A DNA stretch of 64,000 nt from an uncultured virus (IMG/VR IMGVR_UViG_3300029964_000032) (IMGVR_UViG_3300029964_000032), one strand, 5' to 3'; shown: positions 22,501-28,980, counted from the stretch's first letter. The notes: generated from the sequence alone by a model not told the origin. Made by a program: numbers and translations.

Positions 22501-24825
22501 GAGCAGAAGGCACACGAACTGACACAAGGCAACCTTCTGTATATCTACATGGTTGACAAGATGGCAGACGGCCGCATGAAGTTGCGCCGTATGGGTATCA
22601 CCGAGGAAGATGTGGAGAACATAAAAGAATTTGTTGATCCTCGCTTCTTAGAACTTGCCGACTGGATGCAGGACGAGTTCCTTGTGGAAAAACGCAACGA
22701 GTACAACGAGGTGCATAAGCGCATGTTCGGTGCTTCAATGGCAGCGATTGAGAACTACTTCCCTTTGAAGATACTTGCCAATGCGAGAATTGAAGAAGTG
22801 GACGTAGCCGACGATACAACCGACACCGCATTACCGGCGACCTCAACCGGTAGCATCATCAAGCGCAGACGCAACAATCTTGCCCTTGACGTGATGGGAG
22901 CAGACGCATTCAGCGTTATACTCGACCACATTCAGCAGATGGAACGTTGGGCATCCTTTGCAGAGTTCAATCGCGACTTGAACACCTTGTTGTCATACAA
23001 GCGTTTCCGCAATCAAGTTATGAACATGACGAGTGTTTATGGTGGTGGCAAGACTCTATGGAAGAATTTCCGCAATGTGTGCAGTATGGCCGCAGGAGCC
23101 TACCGCCCACCAATCGCAGCCCTTGACAAGGCCGCAGTGAATGTGGCAAAGGGCGTAACGGCAGCCAAGGTTAGTTTCAGAATGTTCACGGCATTAAAGC
23201 AGTTCCTCTCTATGCCAGCTTATCTTTCTGACAGCAGCCCTGTATATCTTGCAGGAAACATTGCCAATCCGATAGGAGCTTGGAAGTGGTCAATGGAAAA
23301 CCTTCCACTCTTCGAGAAGCGTTGGAAGAGCCGCATGGCAGGAGACCCAAGACTGATGAAGAGTGAAATGGACTGGAAGATGTGGCAGAACCGCGCTGTT
23401 GAAATAGCCTCACGTATCGGTATGTCTCCTAATGCCTTTGTCGATGCACTGACAGTTGCCATAGGTGCACACTCTATGTATCAGACCAAGAAGAAGAAAT
23501 ATCTTCGTTACGGCTATGATGAAGAGACGGCAGAGAAGCGAGCCAAGCAAGACGCTACTATTCTGTTCAACCAGACACAGCAGTCGAGTGAAAGCGCGTT
23601 TCTCTCTACGATGCAGACCGACCGTTCATGGTTGAGTGTTCTGTTCACTGTGTTCAGAAACTCTTCGATGTCGTACACACGTCAGCTGTATGATGCACTC
23701 CGTAACCTCAAACACCGTTTTGAACCCGGTTACAAAGGACTCACAGAGGAGTATCTTGCCAAGCAGATGCGCAGAGACGGCATAGACCCAGACAAGGCCG
23801 ACCAGAACGCCAAGAGCGAGTATAGAAGAAGCCTGATGCGTGATATAGTCCGCGTAGGCGTGTTCGGCTATCTGTTGCAGTTTGCTTGGAACTTGGGAGC
23901 CTATCTGCCCTATCTCCTCTTAGGTGACGACAAGGACGAGAAGAGCGACATGTGGCATGACATCTTCTGCCATACCATGTTCGGCAGTATAGAAGGCTTG
24001 ACTGGAGGTGACGTGATGAGTGCTGTAGGTAATGGCTTTGCTAAAGGCGAAGGTTTGAACCTATTCTCCGCTTCAAAGGATATGCCTCTTAGTTCAGACT
24101 TGCAGAACATTGTAAACAAATGGAACAAAGACAAGGTTGCCGCCATGAACGACGTGACCAACTTGATGGTTCAGTCTGGTATAGGTGTCAATCCTCAATC
24201 GCTGACAGATGCAGTGGTTGCCATCATGGACTACTGTGGTGACGACGCAAACACCTCTCGCGAGTGTGCCCTGCTTATCACGCGCATCATCAACTGCCCA
24301 CAAAGTCAGATCGACAAGATTTACTTTGACGAGCTTAACGCAACGGCAGCAGAGGCGCAAGGCATGACCCCGGCAGAGATAGCCGAGCGATATGCCCGAT
24401 ATAAGATGCACAGAGGCGCACCGTTGACCGGATGGGCGTACACTGATGAAGCTCGCGACTCCGTAATGACTGCCCAGCAGAACCGAGTGCTTACGAAAGC
24501 CAAGGAGAAGTTGAACAGCAGAATGGAGACTGAGGAAACAAAACAGTTGCTCAGTGATTACGATGCTGTTGCCAAGCAAGAGACCGCATTGTCGAAGATA
24601 AAGAAGACGGACCGTGCAGCCTACCGCGAGGGAATGAAGCAGCTACGCCAGTCGAACGACATGCGCCAGCACATGCGCTTGAAGCGATACAAGCATGACA
24701 TAAATGAACTCACGTCGAAGTATCTACGCTGCAAGAGCGCAGAGGAACGAGACTCGATTGTCAGCACGATGTTCAGTACACGTGCGAAGATGCTTGAAGA
24801 CATCGGCAGATTGAAGCAACAATAG
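4567..24825 (+). CDS. Giant DarB-like polyvalent virion protein (ParB-like, pyrophosphatase-like, N6-adenine methyltransferase, SNF2 helicase, zincin-like domains)
   Basis: 6752-aa ORF; VIVSKDGVVLSGNNR (~9220), YGYIRGAVGVDGDHIDVF (~10810), FLDPSMGNG and SNVPFG (~14425-14640), HIVGAGKT and DECH (~16570, ~17070), HEVVGH (~20146). Confidence 0.88.
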   Translation: MAQVNDNDDIKWLYGKLKAKGYNIGSEAEFKSSLANGEDRKWYYEKAKGMGLDMGSMADFESMYAPKAAPAPKREAPSSGQRRPASAVSASPEQPKQQKPKGTPMTEQDKIRMSLQMGQMKQQVQQGIANTNAKIGRMMEPLTQKGRERRRLGEFQARMAGTPTHVVGFNTASPAPASSGARGGSRQKPVQSEQSPQPYGVKYENGKAKTQWVLPDGTLTTSLIEANQAEYEARTARLAHQFQNRMKENGLDPNKPEDVRKQAQLDYEAPMRKAIEDEWQRAEAEDRAADEAYRKDMERAEGGSFWNRLKKSITPLGPDGMPLRRGDETLRDIKRAAKRQDTFNLEKMAQSVLQNMPQEYKDNQMLNYSRYFREHPSELKGRTVSQAAKEALQGEVYHATYERAVQARMPKSKTEFLLRKVADQPFFSQTIADNMAARLFSHSIGTEAADMDAMSRYGTDHRALDITGTVLNMAIDPTTYISGGVGSFAGKQALKLSGKMALKGASKEAAERYVGRTLAGRMVAGVAAGSANFGTFEGLKNMQQQMRLGGTLNPETGEYEFSAGDMLKATGHGMLLGSVTGTLSPVLGNVSDKLVKATESTAGKVGIRAGELMTSTVAEGTIFATPEWIENAQLADDDPRKRKAMDIWTDNMAMMLGFKVSHGIKSAPQVIAGLRPIAEPKTMEERNRNRRSFAERLRKRMDASPRDLDFTKEEREELRRNGYGDLASLFTRTPKQPTKPKAKPTRPKAKPTMTDGKTMTFDVDYQHAEAKRVSNPEFDGYEAMERLMQDPNVSQSARAKAYYILTGRMLPMGTVTGYTTNKDANGVTVQAMTAQGEVVTSRHFKTEEEAKKEEANIMRQAELNSVDVGERYKEAAANAKVVQAAVESVAPGADFATVMRNYKAVKEGDKDAIAAYGKMVEDIDRAIEANKTMADGERPEAIRASIKEETGVDVDATLRKEPKNRTEEEQAAVEDYIKRLFPEQKSEEAGASAEAEQPMSEAESAAAAAYDQARLLWDKVEKGDTDAKAEVDAITLRMQEAYQMCEDAFGADAEMRIAEINEDPWPLVNNPELSEDQQDAVLYYVNAKAAMEGVMDASNEAADGKRKEVEANVERHTHKDMGVVQPATMKVDDKSVYVVKGNVVMLPDGSGIDVRNSDQSIVICDAETGEYKFASPDQLFSLGEAIDPQTELDEAYANIQAEHEAVLGVPENGENVQGNGENVPNSAENVSQLTDEQLQQYAHSAFNEATQSNGITIPQEQAEQLQQHNQQMLEQEQQRKEEEANRQPTALERVPINEETGEPMFEKADRETALDALNEVTGGNDENTTAIVRAQVEQATKALEALKKKEPTKKAPSLKGSPMAMVKAQQEAEANYNTAMEEYNAQVAAAEENLNAWSRINSLMNDRKRAIREQQEAERKVREEKLHAEAVARLEEDKRIAAEKAAEQEAVGTHAVNPKIKAKWDGATKVEGNPNAITLADGSTIRGHYVLTEAGAATASHDVNNAYEPTEGFPVDENGESVNDRDYKRDKDAQRIVRDMADSYDSRALQTPVIVSKDGVVLSGNNRTMSGEIAAKNGTDKAYVDHLREFGSMFGFTPEQIDGMQHPRVVFVPDEELPYDASTFARFNAEQQKKQSKPEHAVKLGKIVPDNVFTSITNDISRFDRMSDYYADDKSVASAISQLLDAGVINEMQLPELRTGNALSAAGKELIENTLIGKVFQTSPDAVRQIISTPTLRQSVVMGLNEIANNRTLAKSGYDLSKELAAAVDLVSRAKSDSPEIYKEGMPVSPYGRQQGLFDDEYGDSRVTDGVTLLLADLLNSGKPSDLRKVLSTYNNEAASSAAGQIDMFSGDVTSKEEILKNVNEYFRNATPKEQQALIDAAVAERKRRAEAAEPAGGDEASEQATVVAGSDAEPQQPVVASEKPVKGNEPDADALAKEAEDKLSERITDTEDEWTEPSEYGEIYKHRMFVDGKEVIKVDAPDKSKNYPGTYYEIDGKQFGDLYEVANYIDGNEQPLSAKIEAASAEVNTDPTEAQKEAGNYKKGHVQVGTFDITIEQPQGSVRKGTDADGKQWESKMNNTYGYIRGAVGVDGDHIDVFLSNDIDGWNGRKVYVVDQYNPDGSFDEHKVMLGFNDADEAKGDYLANYEQGWENGRRIDITGVNLEDFEKWIESSKRKTKPFGEYSSVKKDVVEINTPEEAGYSITPSTYTNKKGKTSDVSLLTFGHDLTADQERAVKEFAKERTGEGRFAPARGWKDRESGGWMFRSEEDARKAAEMVGNEEAVADNQPMTAQELRDAVEPKKPTTSKKTASKKPANRVESVPTEEPIEPEKPKYEVSDEEMNGLMNDIRDILGIGDDEGDAGFKFREPDELTAEQRQKLMSVGQRLAMAMVERGNESFGNYASMMVKALGDKVRPWLKAFYGGLEYVPGYDKYALTPYEEVKAFDVENFDKPTKDVMAQANMIVEEGKAQVAAEKANNELKATRNEQRKETEKQTAANTDAVAAEAKSVASEATALAETSSDEQALTGAAERVDETLDKVNEQLALLGYYEADEVEKDYNEAYGYMRNAEKKAVKDAANLASQLISDLNLSHYEASHSKQTDKKGNRKKKPLAVSNISPIGGDVSIHLPLEEGRELYLTIGVEPRAAKGVDGFGGSDLEVTHIMFRVDHPEGTGNDRYGRNVFVDSNVTYSDLLKQVQREAYKYLIGSGVTNEGEYAAGDKVQYSTDGGRTWTDAVVVQPNDEGGIRIDTGLAPVMWVNAHPDQLRHKPSESAEPKHEAVGDFYEDGINEDAVAALPEDTAIQLHVVDILNPGMTDHSMKSKIESLNTLLPKISDKKLSELDKEYGDDKDMGTHIKAEVARRENEGIFKKAERIAKEAKTEREKTPVDNNGFGIYQKAYDDFIDGIEHKGMLPNVKALKNMVTKAKRRLGVLEKGAAVGIKNDEDLKRHEKAVHELINMRDAYQAMLDYVNKRMKTSEVKTSKVKPEQPVGDLFAGLFDEPNNNETADSNSSSPSQTVAGAERPDTVGIDETGTDGAERTTAVAGTDGERSTDASRENGREAADGAVHGTDEVGGIQPPVGNRGRDESTADGTVSNGATDERGRVAGPRTVQTGEIDGGGKELSSGEPASSTGEGSRPSAVKKQRTPVRKFTNNFHYGTDGNEADNYTPAQRLEGNVSAIEVIAKLFKEGRKATDEEKQILSRFRGWGQIDQLSKFYSVDQMRRDTYGNSPYRRLANAIDTLDPDGKKGVFAGIKRAALSSYYTPTKIASAMNSFLSLAGFKGGTFLDPSMGNGIFEGTLPKDIQERTMITGVELDWLSGQISRALYPDADVRICGFEKSELTPNSQDVVTSNVPFGDIEVNDPTWKNDNSPVKRSAQKRIHNYYAVKMLELTRPGGIVAMMTSPAVMDTQSNQHIRRYIAEQGEFLGAVRLPDNTFQGTGAMADIIYIRKWKDEEDAQKTRENPDYAAREQAFLSSAETTAPNKRNGEKQKVSHNAYYASNRKNMIGDVVAGNQYNDKSFGLHSELTTDQIAKEVEKAVKRIVGDRKGMLFDTTRTSREVKQAVREEYKGDGNWVSTGNLVIQDGKVGVLTATKNEYGEVTRVFEEQPQLAKQKKRIIAMGEVRTAMKELIAGQIDGLSDTKLNMLRAKLKRAYEEFVSKYGKLQDTDNTVVLSDIDGYTLQALEVWKGGKFQGLSDIFTKNTIKPALKLEDAKTPQEAITTSLAEYGEIRGEYIKKALGADWFEQCGDLVFKEPNATDRYVTRDEYLSGDVVAKLDEAKTAAATDPTFERNVKELEQVQPATIPFDDITIHLGARWIPQEVLNDFVKETLGLHASSSRNYEWVDGERREIIKSGVVYVPETDTFEINIEAKELGGQADDWKTADKSVKEIFQAALEDKDFRIVRKDKDGNTWIDQEATELANSKVADLREHFEQWLPGDDARVQTMERAYNDRFNRIVLRKWDGSHLNVPGLMGKELRPHQKDAVWMLINNRGGIVDHIVGAGKTLVMQSAIMEMRRMGIAKKPMIVALKSTVPQIAREFKEAYPTARVLAPSEKDFSTENRKKFFANISLNDYDCIIVSHEQYCKIPHSEEAEGDVVNEQLAQLDAMIEYLYGTGDKSQLTKRQIKSLEKRRQNLHAKLEKRLDRSTDREFCFENMGIDYLFVDECHQFKSLPYVTSYQNVAGLGEASGSNKAVALLTGIRHLQKMHQGDKGTVFLSGTTITNSLVEIYNLLNYLRPRKLEQLGMPTFDAWASTFAVHSSELEAGVSNEFKMKDRFRYFDNVPELSQLYAEIADVRNDYNLQLPKPKVDGKTVIVPQSDAVAEINREVVNMLQTKDGSYFGIHPKDPKKFPWGLVASGISAKAAVSPRLVFPEMDDSVGKISYCCDNIKKSYDEMKEQKGVQLVFCELGVPTKGKEYDAYHDIINRLTKDYGIPREEIAYIQQVKNDTEKEALFQKVRDGKIRILIGGTRNMGTGVNVQTRITDLHMLTVPWQPADLEQCIGRGSRQGNVVAHDFLNNKVRVHYYATEGSLDLYKYQLLDAKGKMFTQFKMGTISGERSFDEGDADENGNIDPAQMVALLSGNPIIFEKSKQDKLVKKLKSLYNGFLRDQQRKRQNYETVTKKVDNLKRLISLSDSDVHDLQREDFKPDEKGTYPSKVKVCVEGSYYGQDFDKPKEAGQYILEQLKNNKKVVLAGFGQRADVVFVTGDDLLSSHYEVQLGGNNAWSIRYTKRMPQDPTQAGLVFRSLLEQIIHNNEVYHREYDTNSEMLKTMPKGDAPFPKQKELDEAIAKQKELDAEYNKLGQSEEDKTKFRLLDADDPKAMELESLPESELVPVYRNVQAFEDDALGSPMAFTDAETGERRTLEGRRWNYSAPPKVELTEEQQRKLDELNKIGYIMVDGKKSTELQINDGLKFVKPKTKEAQLQYFLKKNPEDKGLWAAYDPYDHAIETPLNTQFGEAYKRPNLVVVRSLIPKSEIDEPFHADYALLPTGAHQWNNGRMLYLSRWSKIDKVLTREEEAKLIDEYWKKHPGKREELKTHRDYNRFVPQVRRELEKMGYRFELDGKELTPEESLALDKQNWESRDIIPGREGHTPFVSNEDIARINAKMAGKWVGEPKEAMESAMSERVTELSERLHTPVRIIRTEEEVAALPSVRQRRMKGSFNPMTGEVTIVVPNNANMADVENTFVHEVVGHDGLRVLFPDEAKLNNALDELYRVSKDEIRGTIDRMAQKMYDAEVDRIREKKRKEHVANGEDANASYYADMAAAHAEAGKKREQFKRDATEEYGADLAGRIGEKGFEKMSAEELTFWGKLKAMLQKALQKLLDGLKIPGKRKWGDKDWAFVLHEAYKRKKNGGKPTVFDAADTEVMRRKTGFGDTKFSDGYKKSAQPNEAALKHLEPIDVEHAAKVQQKREKAKEALENVAKTYKNTTDSKGFISDLSNSLGLTRGRTGSGYGLFETPDGKIFTIRVSNHNINAANVGDEPVESIVIKTKRSPNRFHAEEGKFANEYVYFKEDIRKAPTGTLSSIAESISELLDTGEYRDKTGLAKDNHSPETDPDGGIMFRDGDMGLEETITKMKVEASQANADNWQAKQDAMRAIGGNLNKLRQAMARQREYDLSTVKSITDLAKVLLENGLLDDLSKYETKRILSAVNNVHGKQDVSDYVQKVMDIMVDNQLRMGANQLGKLLSIRGSRIDARGIEVQGQLDPEGQRIAQVVRKATSLPKENIEERIADCTNRMSSDDNAVAEEAAIEYNGLLLAHQFVEDITESKAEEKALRESIKEAKADLDAGTMEADAYREYVESTNDAIRQNKIERAEAYRSIVEQVGGVLGGSVERAKAWREAEKQRVETIHHNANSDMTGRPNDEHHKESKAQKIANNSIVRFVLAPLGTFDQMLRMFGKKSVNGEGYLWNRYMRGWVEATEKEYTGYQNALKTLDEKVSDVFGKKMKWGDLFSLERNLPKATVTFWDGGEQKAHELTQGNLLYIYMVDKMADGRMKLRRMGITEEDVENIKEFVDPRFLELADWMQDEFLVEKRNEYNEVHKRMFGASMAAIENYFPLKILANARIEEVDVADDTTDTALPATSTGSIIKRRRNNLALDVMGADAFSVILDHIQQMERWASFAEFNRDLNTLLSYKRFRNQVMNMTSVYGGGKTLWKNFRNVCSMAAGAYRPPIAALDKAAVNVAKGVTAAKVSFRMFTALKQFLSMPAYLSDSSPVYLAGNIANPIGAWKWSMENLPLFEKRWKSRMAGDPRLMKSEMDWKMWQNRAVEIASRIGMSPNAFVDALTVAIGAHSMYQTKKKKYLRYGYDEETAEKRAKQDATILFNQTQQSSESAFLSTMQTDRSWLSVLFTVFRNSSMSYTRQLYDALRNLKHRFEPGYKGLTEEYLAKQMRRDGIDPDKADQNAKSEYRRSLMRDIVRVGVFGYLLQFAWNLGAYLPYLLLGDDKDEKSDMWHDIFCHTMFGSIEGLTGGDVMSAVGNGFAKGEGLNLFSASKDMPLSSDLQNIVNKWNKDKVAAMNDVTNLMVQSGIGVNPQSLTDAVVAIMDYCGDDANTSRECALLITRIINCPQSQIDKIYFDELNATAAEAQGMTPAEIAERYARYKMHRGAPLTGWAYTDEARDSVMTAQQNRVLTKAKEKLNSRMETEETKQLLSDYDAVAKQETALSKIKKTDRAAYREGMKQLRQSNDMRQHMRLKRYKHDINELTSKYLRCKSAEERDSIVSTMFSTRAKMLEDIGRLKQQ
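13580..13993 (+). CDS. Nested out-of-frame gene (137 aa, helical, TnpV-like) inside the giant gene
   Basis: AT-rich start context CAAATAATAATG; amphipathic helical sequence while the host frame here is a low-complexity G/T/D/E/R linker. Confidence 0.65.
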   Translation: MKQQTAIAVAQAKQWLEQNARTPWALMKLELMEQNAPQQLQELTESGQLMQAVKTDEKQLTEQYMELMRSGEYNHQSEIGDVMRAQLMEQFPTEPQMSVDELLDRALFRQERLTEEEKNFLRENLPAPLAREVDLLP

Positions 24826-24869
24826 TTAAACGACAAAGGACGGTGCAAGGAATTACCTTTGCACCGTCC
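24821..24869 (+). promoter_or_regulatory. Promoter for portal gene, overlapped by an 11-bp inverted repeat
   Basis: AATAGTTAAA (G at 24825) and TACCTTTG 24854-24861; GGACGGTGCAA 24838-24848 / TTGCACCGTCC 24859-24869. Confidence 0.7.
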
Positions 24870-24883
24870 CAAATTATAAAAAT

Positions 24884-26842
24884 ATGGCAAGAAGAAAATT
24901 ACATAAGGCGAGTGCTGTCATGCCTCATGAAGGAATGGACAGCGTAGCTACAGCCAAGCACACGTTGGGCGGTAACCGTGCATTTGAGGTATTGTGGCAA
25001 GCCCAGCAGTATTGGCTTGCTATGGATACGTTCCGCAGAGACCGTGAACGTAACAAGAACTACACCTACGGACGGCAGTGGGATGACTACGTTTGTGTGA
25101 ATGGTCGGAAAATACGCGAAGAGGAACTCATCAAGAAGCAAGGTAATGTACCCTTGAAGAACAACCTCATTCGTCGTATGGTACAAGCTGTACTTGGTAT
25201 ATACCGCAGTCAAGCCAAGGAACCAACTTGTACGGCACGAGACCGCGACGAGCAGCGTTATGGCGAGACGATGAGTACCGTGTTGCAATGCAACATGCAG
25301 CTGAACCGCATGACAGAGATAAACGCACGATGTATGGAGGAGTTCCTTATATCGGGCTTTGTCGTGCAGCGTAAGTGGTATGGCTGGCGAGAAAACAAGC
25401 TGGACTGTTGGACTGACTATGTACAGCCCAACAACTTCTTCATCGATAACAACATGAGGGATTTCCGAGGTTGGGATTGCAGTTGTGTGGGCGAGGTGCA
25501 TGACATATCGTTTGAGGAATTGTGCGGACGCTTTGCCAAGGACGGAAACGATTACAACCGTCTGGCCGAGATATACAAGTTTGCCAAAGACAAATCGTAT
25601 CTCAGTGCTACTTTTGACAACTTCGGCTATCCTCTACAAGGTTATTATGACTTCCTTGTGCCATACGACACATCGAGGTGTCGTGTAATAGAAGTGTGGA
25701 GGAGAGAAAGCAAACCACGTGTCCGCTGCCATGACGTAAACAACGGCGATGTGTTCAAGATAGACATTGAGGATTTCCAAGCCCTTGTAACAGACGAAAA
25801 CAACAAGCGTTTACAAGAGGCCCGTGAGCTTGGTATGGACGAGAGCGATGTGCCGCTTATCCGTTGGGAGTGGTTTATGGATAGCTACTGGTATTATTAC
25901 ATGCTCACTCCGTTTGGTGACATTCTGGAAGAAGGCGAAACCCCATACGAGCACAAGAGCCATCCGTATGTGTTCAAAGCATATCCGTTCATCGACGGTG
26001 AGATACATAGCTTTGTCAGCAATGTAATAGACCAGCAGCGATACACAAACCGTTTGATTACGATGTACGACTGGATTATGCGAGCTTCGGCAAAAGGTGT
26101 GTTGTTGTTCCCGGAAGACTGCTTACCGAAGGGAATGTCAATGGACGACGTTGCCGACGAATGGGCACGCTTCAACGGCATCATCATGATCAGGACACCG
26201 AAGGCCGGAACGCCATTGCCTCAGCAGATAGCCAACAACTGCACACAGATAGGTATCTCAGAGTTGCTGAGCATGCAGTTGAAGTTCTTCGAAGACATAT
26301 CCGGCGTTAACGGCGCATTGCAAGGCAAGCCCGGTTATTCGGGTATGTCGGCCAGTCTGTACAATCAACAGGCACAGAACGCCTCAACGTCTCTGCTTGA
26401 CTTGCTCGACACGTTCTCTTCTTTCGTAAAAGAAGGTGCGTATAAGGACGTGAAGAACATTCAGCAGTTCTACGACACGCCACGTGTATTCAACATTGCA
26501 GGAAAGAACTCTACCATTGTGGAGTACGACCCGAAGAAGATACGCGACGTAGAGTTTGACCTTTCGATTGTGGAGAGCACAGCAACCCCAGCATACCGCG
26601 CTCTAACCAACGACATGCTTATGCAGTTGTGGGAAAAGAACGCTATCAGCGTGGAGCAGCTGTTGGAACACGGCGACTTTCCATTTGCCGACGAGTTGCT
26701 GCAGAGCATCAAGTCACAAAGGGAACAGCTGGAACAAGGCAAGGTTCCGGACGGCATTTCTCCGGAACTTGCGCAGCAGGTTCAGCAAAACGCAAACGCA
26801 TCTGCCATGCAACAGGCACAGCAGATGCTACAAGCGTCTTAA
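24884..26842 (+). CDS. Portal protein (P22-like podovirus type)
   Basis: 652 aa; NYTYGRQW, NNLIRRMV, VIDQQRYTNR, ISGVNGALQG motifs; Gln-rich C-terminus; next to terL. Confidence 0.82.
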   Translation: MARRKLHKASAVMPHEGMDSVATAKHTLGGNRAFEVLWQAQQYWLAMDTFRRDRERNKNYTYGRQWDDYVCVNGRKIREEELIKKQGNVPLKNNLIRRMVQAVLGIYRSQAKEPTCTARDRDEQRYGETMSTVLQCNMQLNRMTEINARCMEEFLISGFVVQRKWYGWRENKLDCWTDYVQPNNFFIDNNMRDFRGWDCSCVGEVHDISFEELCGRFAKDGNDYNRLAEIYKFAKDKSYLSATFDNFGYPLQGYYDFLVPYDTSRCRVIEVWRRESKPRVRCHDVNNGDVFKIDIEDFQALVTDENNKRLQEARELGMDESDVPLIRWEWFMDSYWYYYMLTPFGDILEEGETPYEHKSHPYVFKAYPFIDGEIHSFVSNVIDQQRYTNRLITMYDWIMRASAKGVLLFPEDCLPKGMSMDDVADEWARFNGIIMIRTPKAGTPLPQQIANNCTQIGISELLSMQLKFFEDISGVNGALQGKPGYSGMSASLYNQQAQNASTSLLDLLDTFSSFVKEGAYKDVKNIQQFYDTPRVFNIAGKNSTIVEYDPKKIRDVEFDLSIVESTATPAYRALTNDMLMQLWEKNAISVEQLLEHGDFPFADELLQSIKSQREQLEQGKVPDGISPELAQQVQQNANASAMQQAQQMLQAS

Positions 26843-26850
26843 TAAAACTA

Positions 26851-28980
26851 TCAGATGGAAGCCTCGGAAACGGGGCTTCTGTCTTTTCTAAGTGTACGGT
26901 TAACAATAGGAACCCATTCAGGCATATCCATTTCCCGGAAGCAGATATGCAGACCTATTGCACGTGTCATAAGCAAGTCGTCATGTTTGCCAGTAATAGC
27001 ACCATACGCACCGTTCTGTTTTCGCTCATAGGTGTTGTATTCATCCAGACAGCGTTTGTCGCGCTCGATATAGAGCCGGTCGCGTACCTCCTTGATGAGG
27101 GTAGAGATAATCATCGGCTTTGTTGACACATTGGTATGGAAGCCATATTTACGCGGTGCGCCCTCCCTTATTTCATCCTCCGACTGCTTGCGTGCATACA
27201 AGTCCGGGTATATGTCTGAAATCTGATTGAGTATATATTGCGACTGGTCGCCACCTTCCACCTGACGCTCCTTGTCGTGAGTCTCCAACGTGTTAGACTC
27301 AATGACCAGAAGAGAATTGTCGTAGAACGCCGCTATCTGTGCTGCACGCCAAGCGAGTTGGTCTATGTCGCAATGTCCGTACCACTGAGCCACCACAGAC
27401 GGCGGCTCGCTACCATCAATCATACTAAGCCTGTCGAATACCACAATAACAGACCAGTCAGCTTTATTGGAACGCCCACCCACATCGACAACGGTAAGAT
27501 AACGGTTGACAACTTCGCAGCCTTCGAATGTTTCCGGCATTGCCCATATAGAAAGCAATCCTTGTCTGTCTGCACGGAAACGGAGATTGGAAAGTGCATC
27601 CTCTCCTTCGTCTCCATCAGCATATACCTCACCGATATACTGAGGCTGCTTGCAGAACCGCTCGAACTTCTTGACACGGTATTTGTCGAACACCATAGAA
27701 CCAGAATGAACGAAAGCCTCCACATCATCAGAAGGGAACTCGGAAGCCATTACAGCAAAGTCGTCCTTACCTGCACGCTCCTCTATGTACCAGTTGATAG
27801 CCTCCAGTGTAGCCCCTTTCTCCCATAACGACCAAAGGTAGCGTCCGGACTCCTCACGATTTGACGGCACATAGGCATTCTCTCTATTTTCGTACAGCCA
27901 TTGTGCAAATTCACGCATTTCGTCAGCCGAAGCAAACTGCTTGGAATACTGCTCAATCTGAAACCACGATATAAAAAGAGCTTCATATTGTGATTTGATT
28001 GTAGGATCTGCAGCAGCCGTATATTCTGTGTGGAAGAAGTTTCCTGTTCCATTCGGTGTACTCTCCATTACGATCATCGTGAATGGTTCCAAAAGAATAC
28101 CGGAACATGCCGAACGCACGATGTCCTGCGGTGACTTACCTTCTGTCTTTTGCCACAAACCGACCTCTGACAAATGCACAAGAGAATAGGCACCGCCACG
28201 GCATCCATTAGGACGCTCAGCAGTGCCAACCTTAATCTTGCAATTGCGTTGTGGTACGCGATGAGTGGAGCCAGACTTACCTACACCAACCAACTTCGGC
28301 TCGTTCTCGGAATATGCCTCACCCAGTTTATGCAGGAACTCTACCGGGTATCTGTCAATCATGAGGTCGAACATATCCTTGATTTCGTCAGAAGCCGCTC
28401 CTTGATGTGCAATGATAAGTGAATTTAGTCCCTTTCGATGGTTGAACTGAAGCCATGCCATGTAGAGCTGTGTTGTAGTAGAACCACCCCACTGTCGAGC
28501 CTTCAACAATATTAGTCGTATAGGGAGACGAGCTTTTCTCTTCGCCTCAAAACGAGACACCAAAATACGCTGCGGATAGTAAAGCCGGAACAACACGTCC
28601 TTACCAGCCTTCTTGTTGTGGATATAGACGAGCGTAGCCGCCCAGAAAGGGAAGTCGTGTTTGAAGCGTAGTCGTATGAACTTACGCGAGACCTTGATGT
28701 AATCATCATCGTTTGGCTCAACATGGAGAACAGACGAAAGAAACTTGTCGATAGACCCAGCCTTGACAAGTTTCTTCACCATTTGTATTTTCATCATCTC
28801 TACAGGGAGCCATTGGACGGGTATGGCAAAGTCATAGATACACACTCGCACACGTTCCCCTATGGACCCTTCACCCGTGACCGGGTCGAAGTGAGCGAAC
28901 ATCACCTCATTTCGCCGGTCGTTTTCAGCGAGTAAGCGTGCAATCTCTGTATCTATCATATTGGTTGTCATACCATCCAT
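26851..28980 (-). CDS. terL: Terminase large subunit
   Basis: Walker A-like LKARQWGGST, Walker B VHLSEVG, motif III ESTPNG, nuclease VDVGG and HDDLLM. Confidence 0.93.
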   Translation of the reverse strand: MDGMTTNMIDTEIARLLAENDRRNEVMFAHFDPVTGEGSIGERVRVCIYDFAIPVQWLPVEMMKIQMVKKLVKAGSIDKFLSSVLHVEPNDDDYIKVSRKFIRLRFKHDFPFWAATLVYIHNKKAGKDVLFRLYYPQRILVSRFEAKRKARLPIRLILLKARQWGGSTTTQLYMAWLQFNHRKGLNSLIIAHQGAASDEIKDMFDLMIDRYPVEFLHKLGEAYSENEPKLVGVGKSGSTHRVPQRNCKIKVGTAERPNGCRGGAYSLVHLSEVGLWQKTEGKSPQDIVRSACSGILLEPFTMIVMESTPNGTGNFFHTEYTAAADPTIKSQYEALFISWFQIEQYSKQFASADEMREFAQWLYENRENAYVPSNREESGRYLWSLWEKGATLEAINWYIEERAGKDDFAVMASEFPSDDVEAFVHSGSMVFDKYRVKKFERFCKQPQYIGEVYADGDEGEDALSNLRFRADRQGLLSIWAMPETFEGCEVVNRYLTVVDVGGRSNKADWSVIVVFDRLSMIDGSEPPSVVAQWYGHCDIDQLAWRAAQIAAFYDNSLLVIESNTLETHDKERQVEGGDQSQYILNQISDIYPDLYARKQSEDEIREGAPRKYGFHTNVSTKPMIISTLIKEVRDRLYIERDKRCLDEYNTYERKQNGAYGAITGKHDDLLMTRAIGLHICFREMDMPEWVPIVNRTLRKDRSPVSEASI
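26858..26879 (+). terminator. Hairpin at portal/terL convergence
   Basis: GAAGCCTCG-GAAA-CGGGGCTTC followed by TGTCTTTT. Confidence 0.6.

Noticed and set aside
6102..24579. Many 60-290-aa antisense ORFs within the giant gene (e.g. 10084-10947, 6102-6842)
   Set aside because: Shadow frames expected from codon bias; no recognisable motifs, unlike the nested 13580-13993 gene
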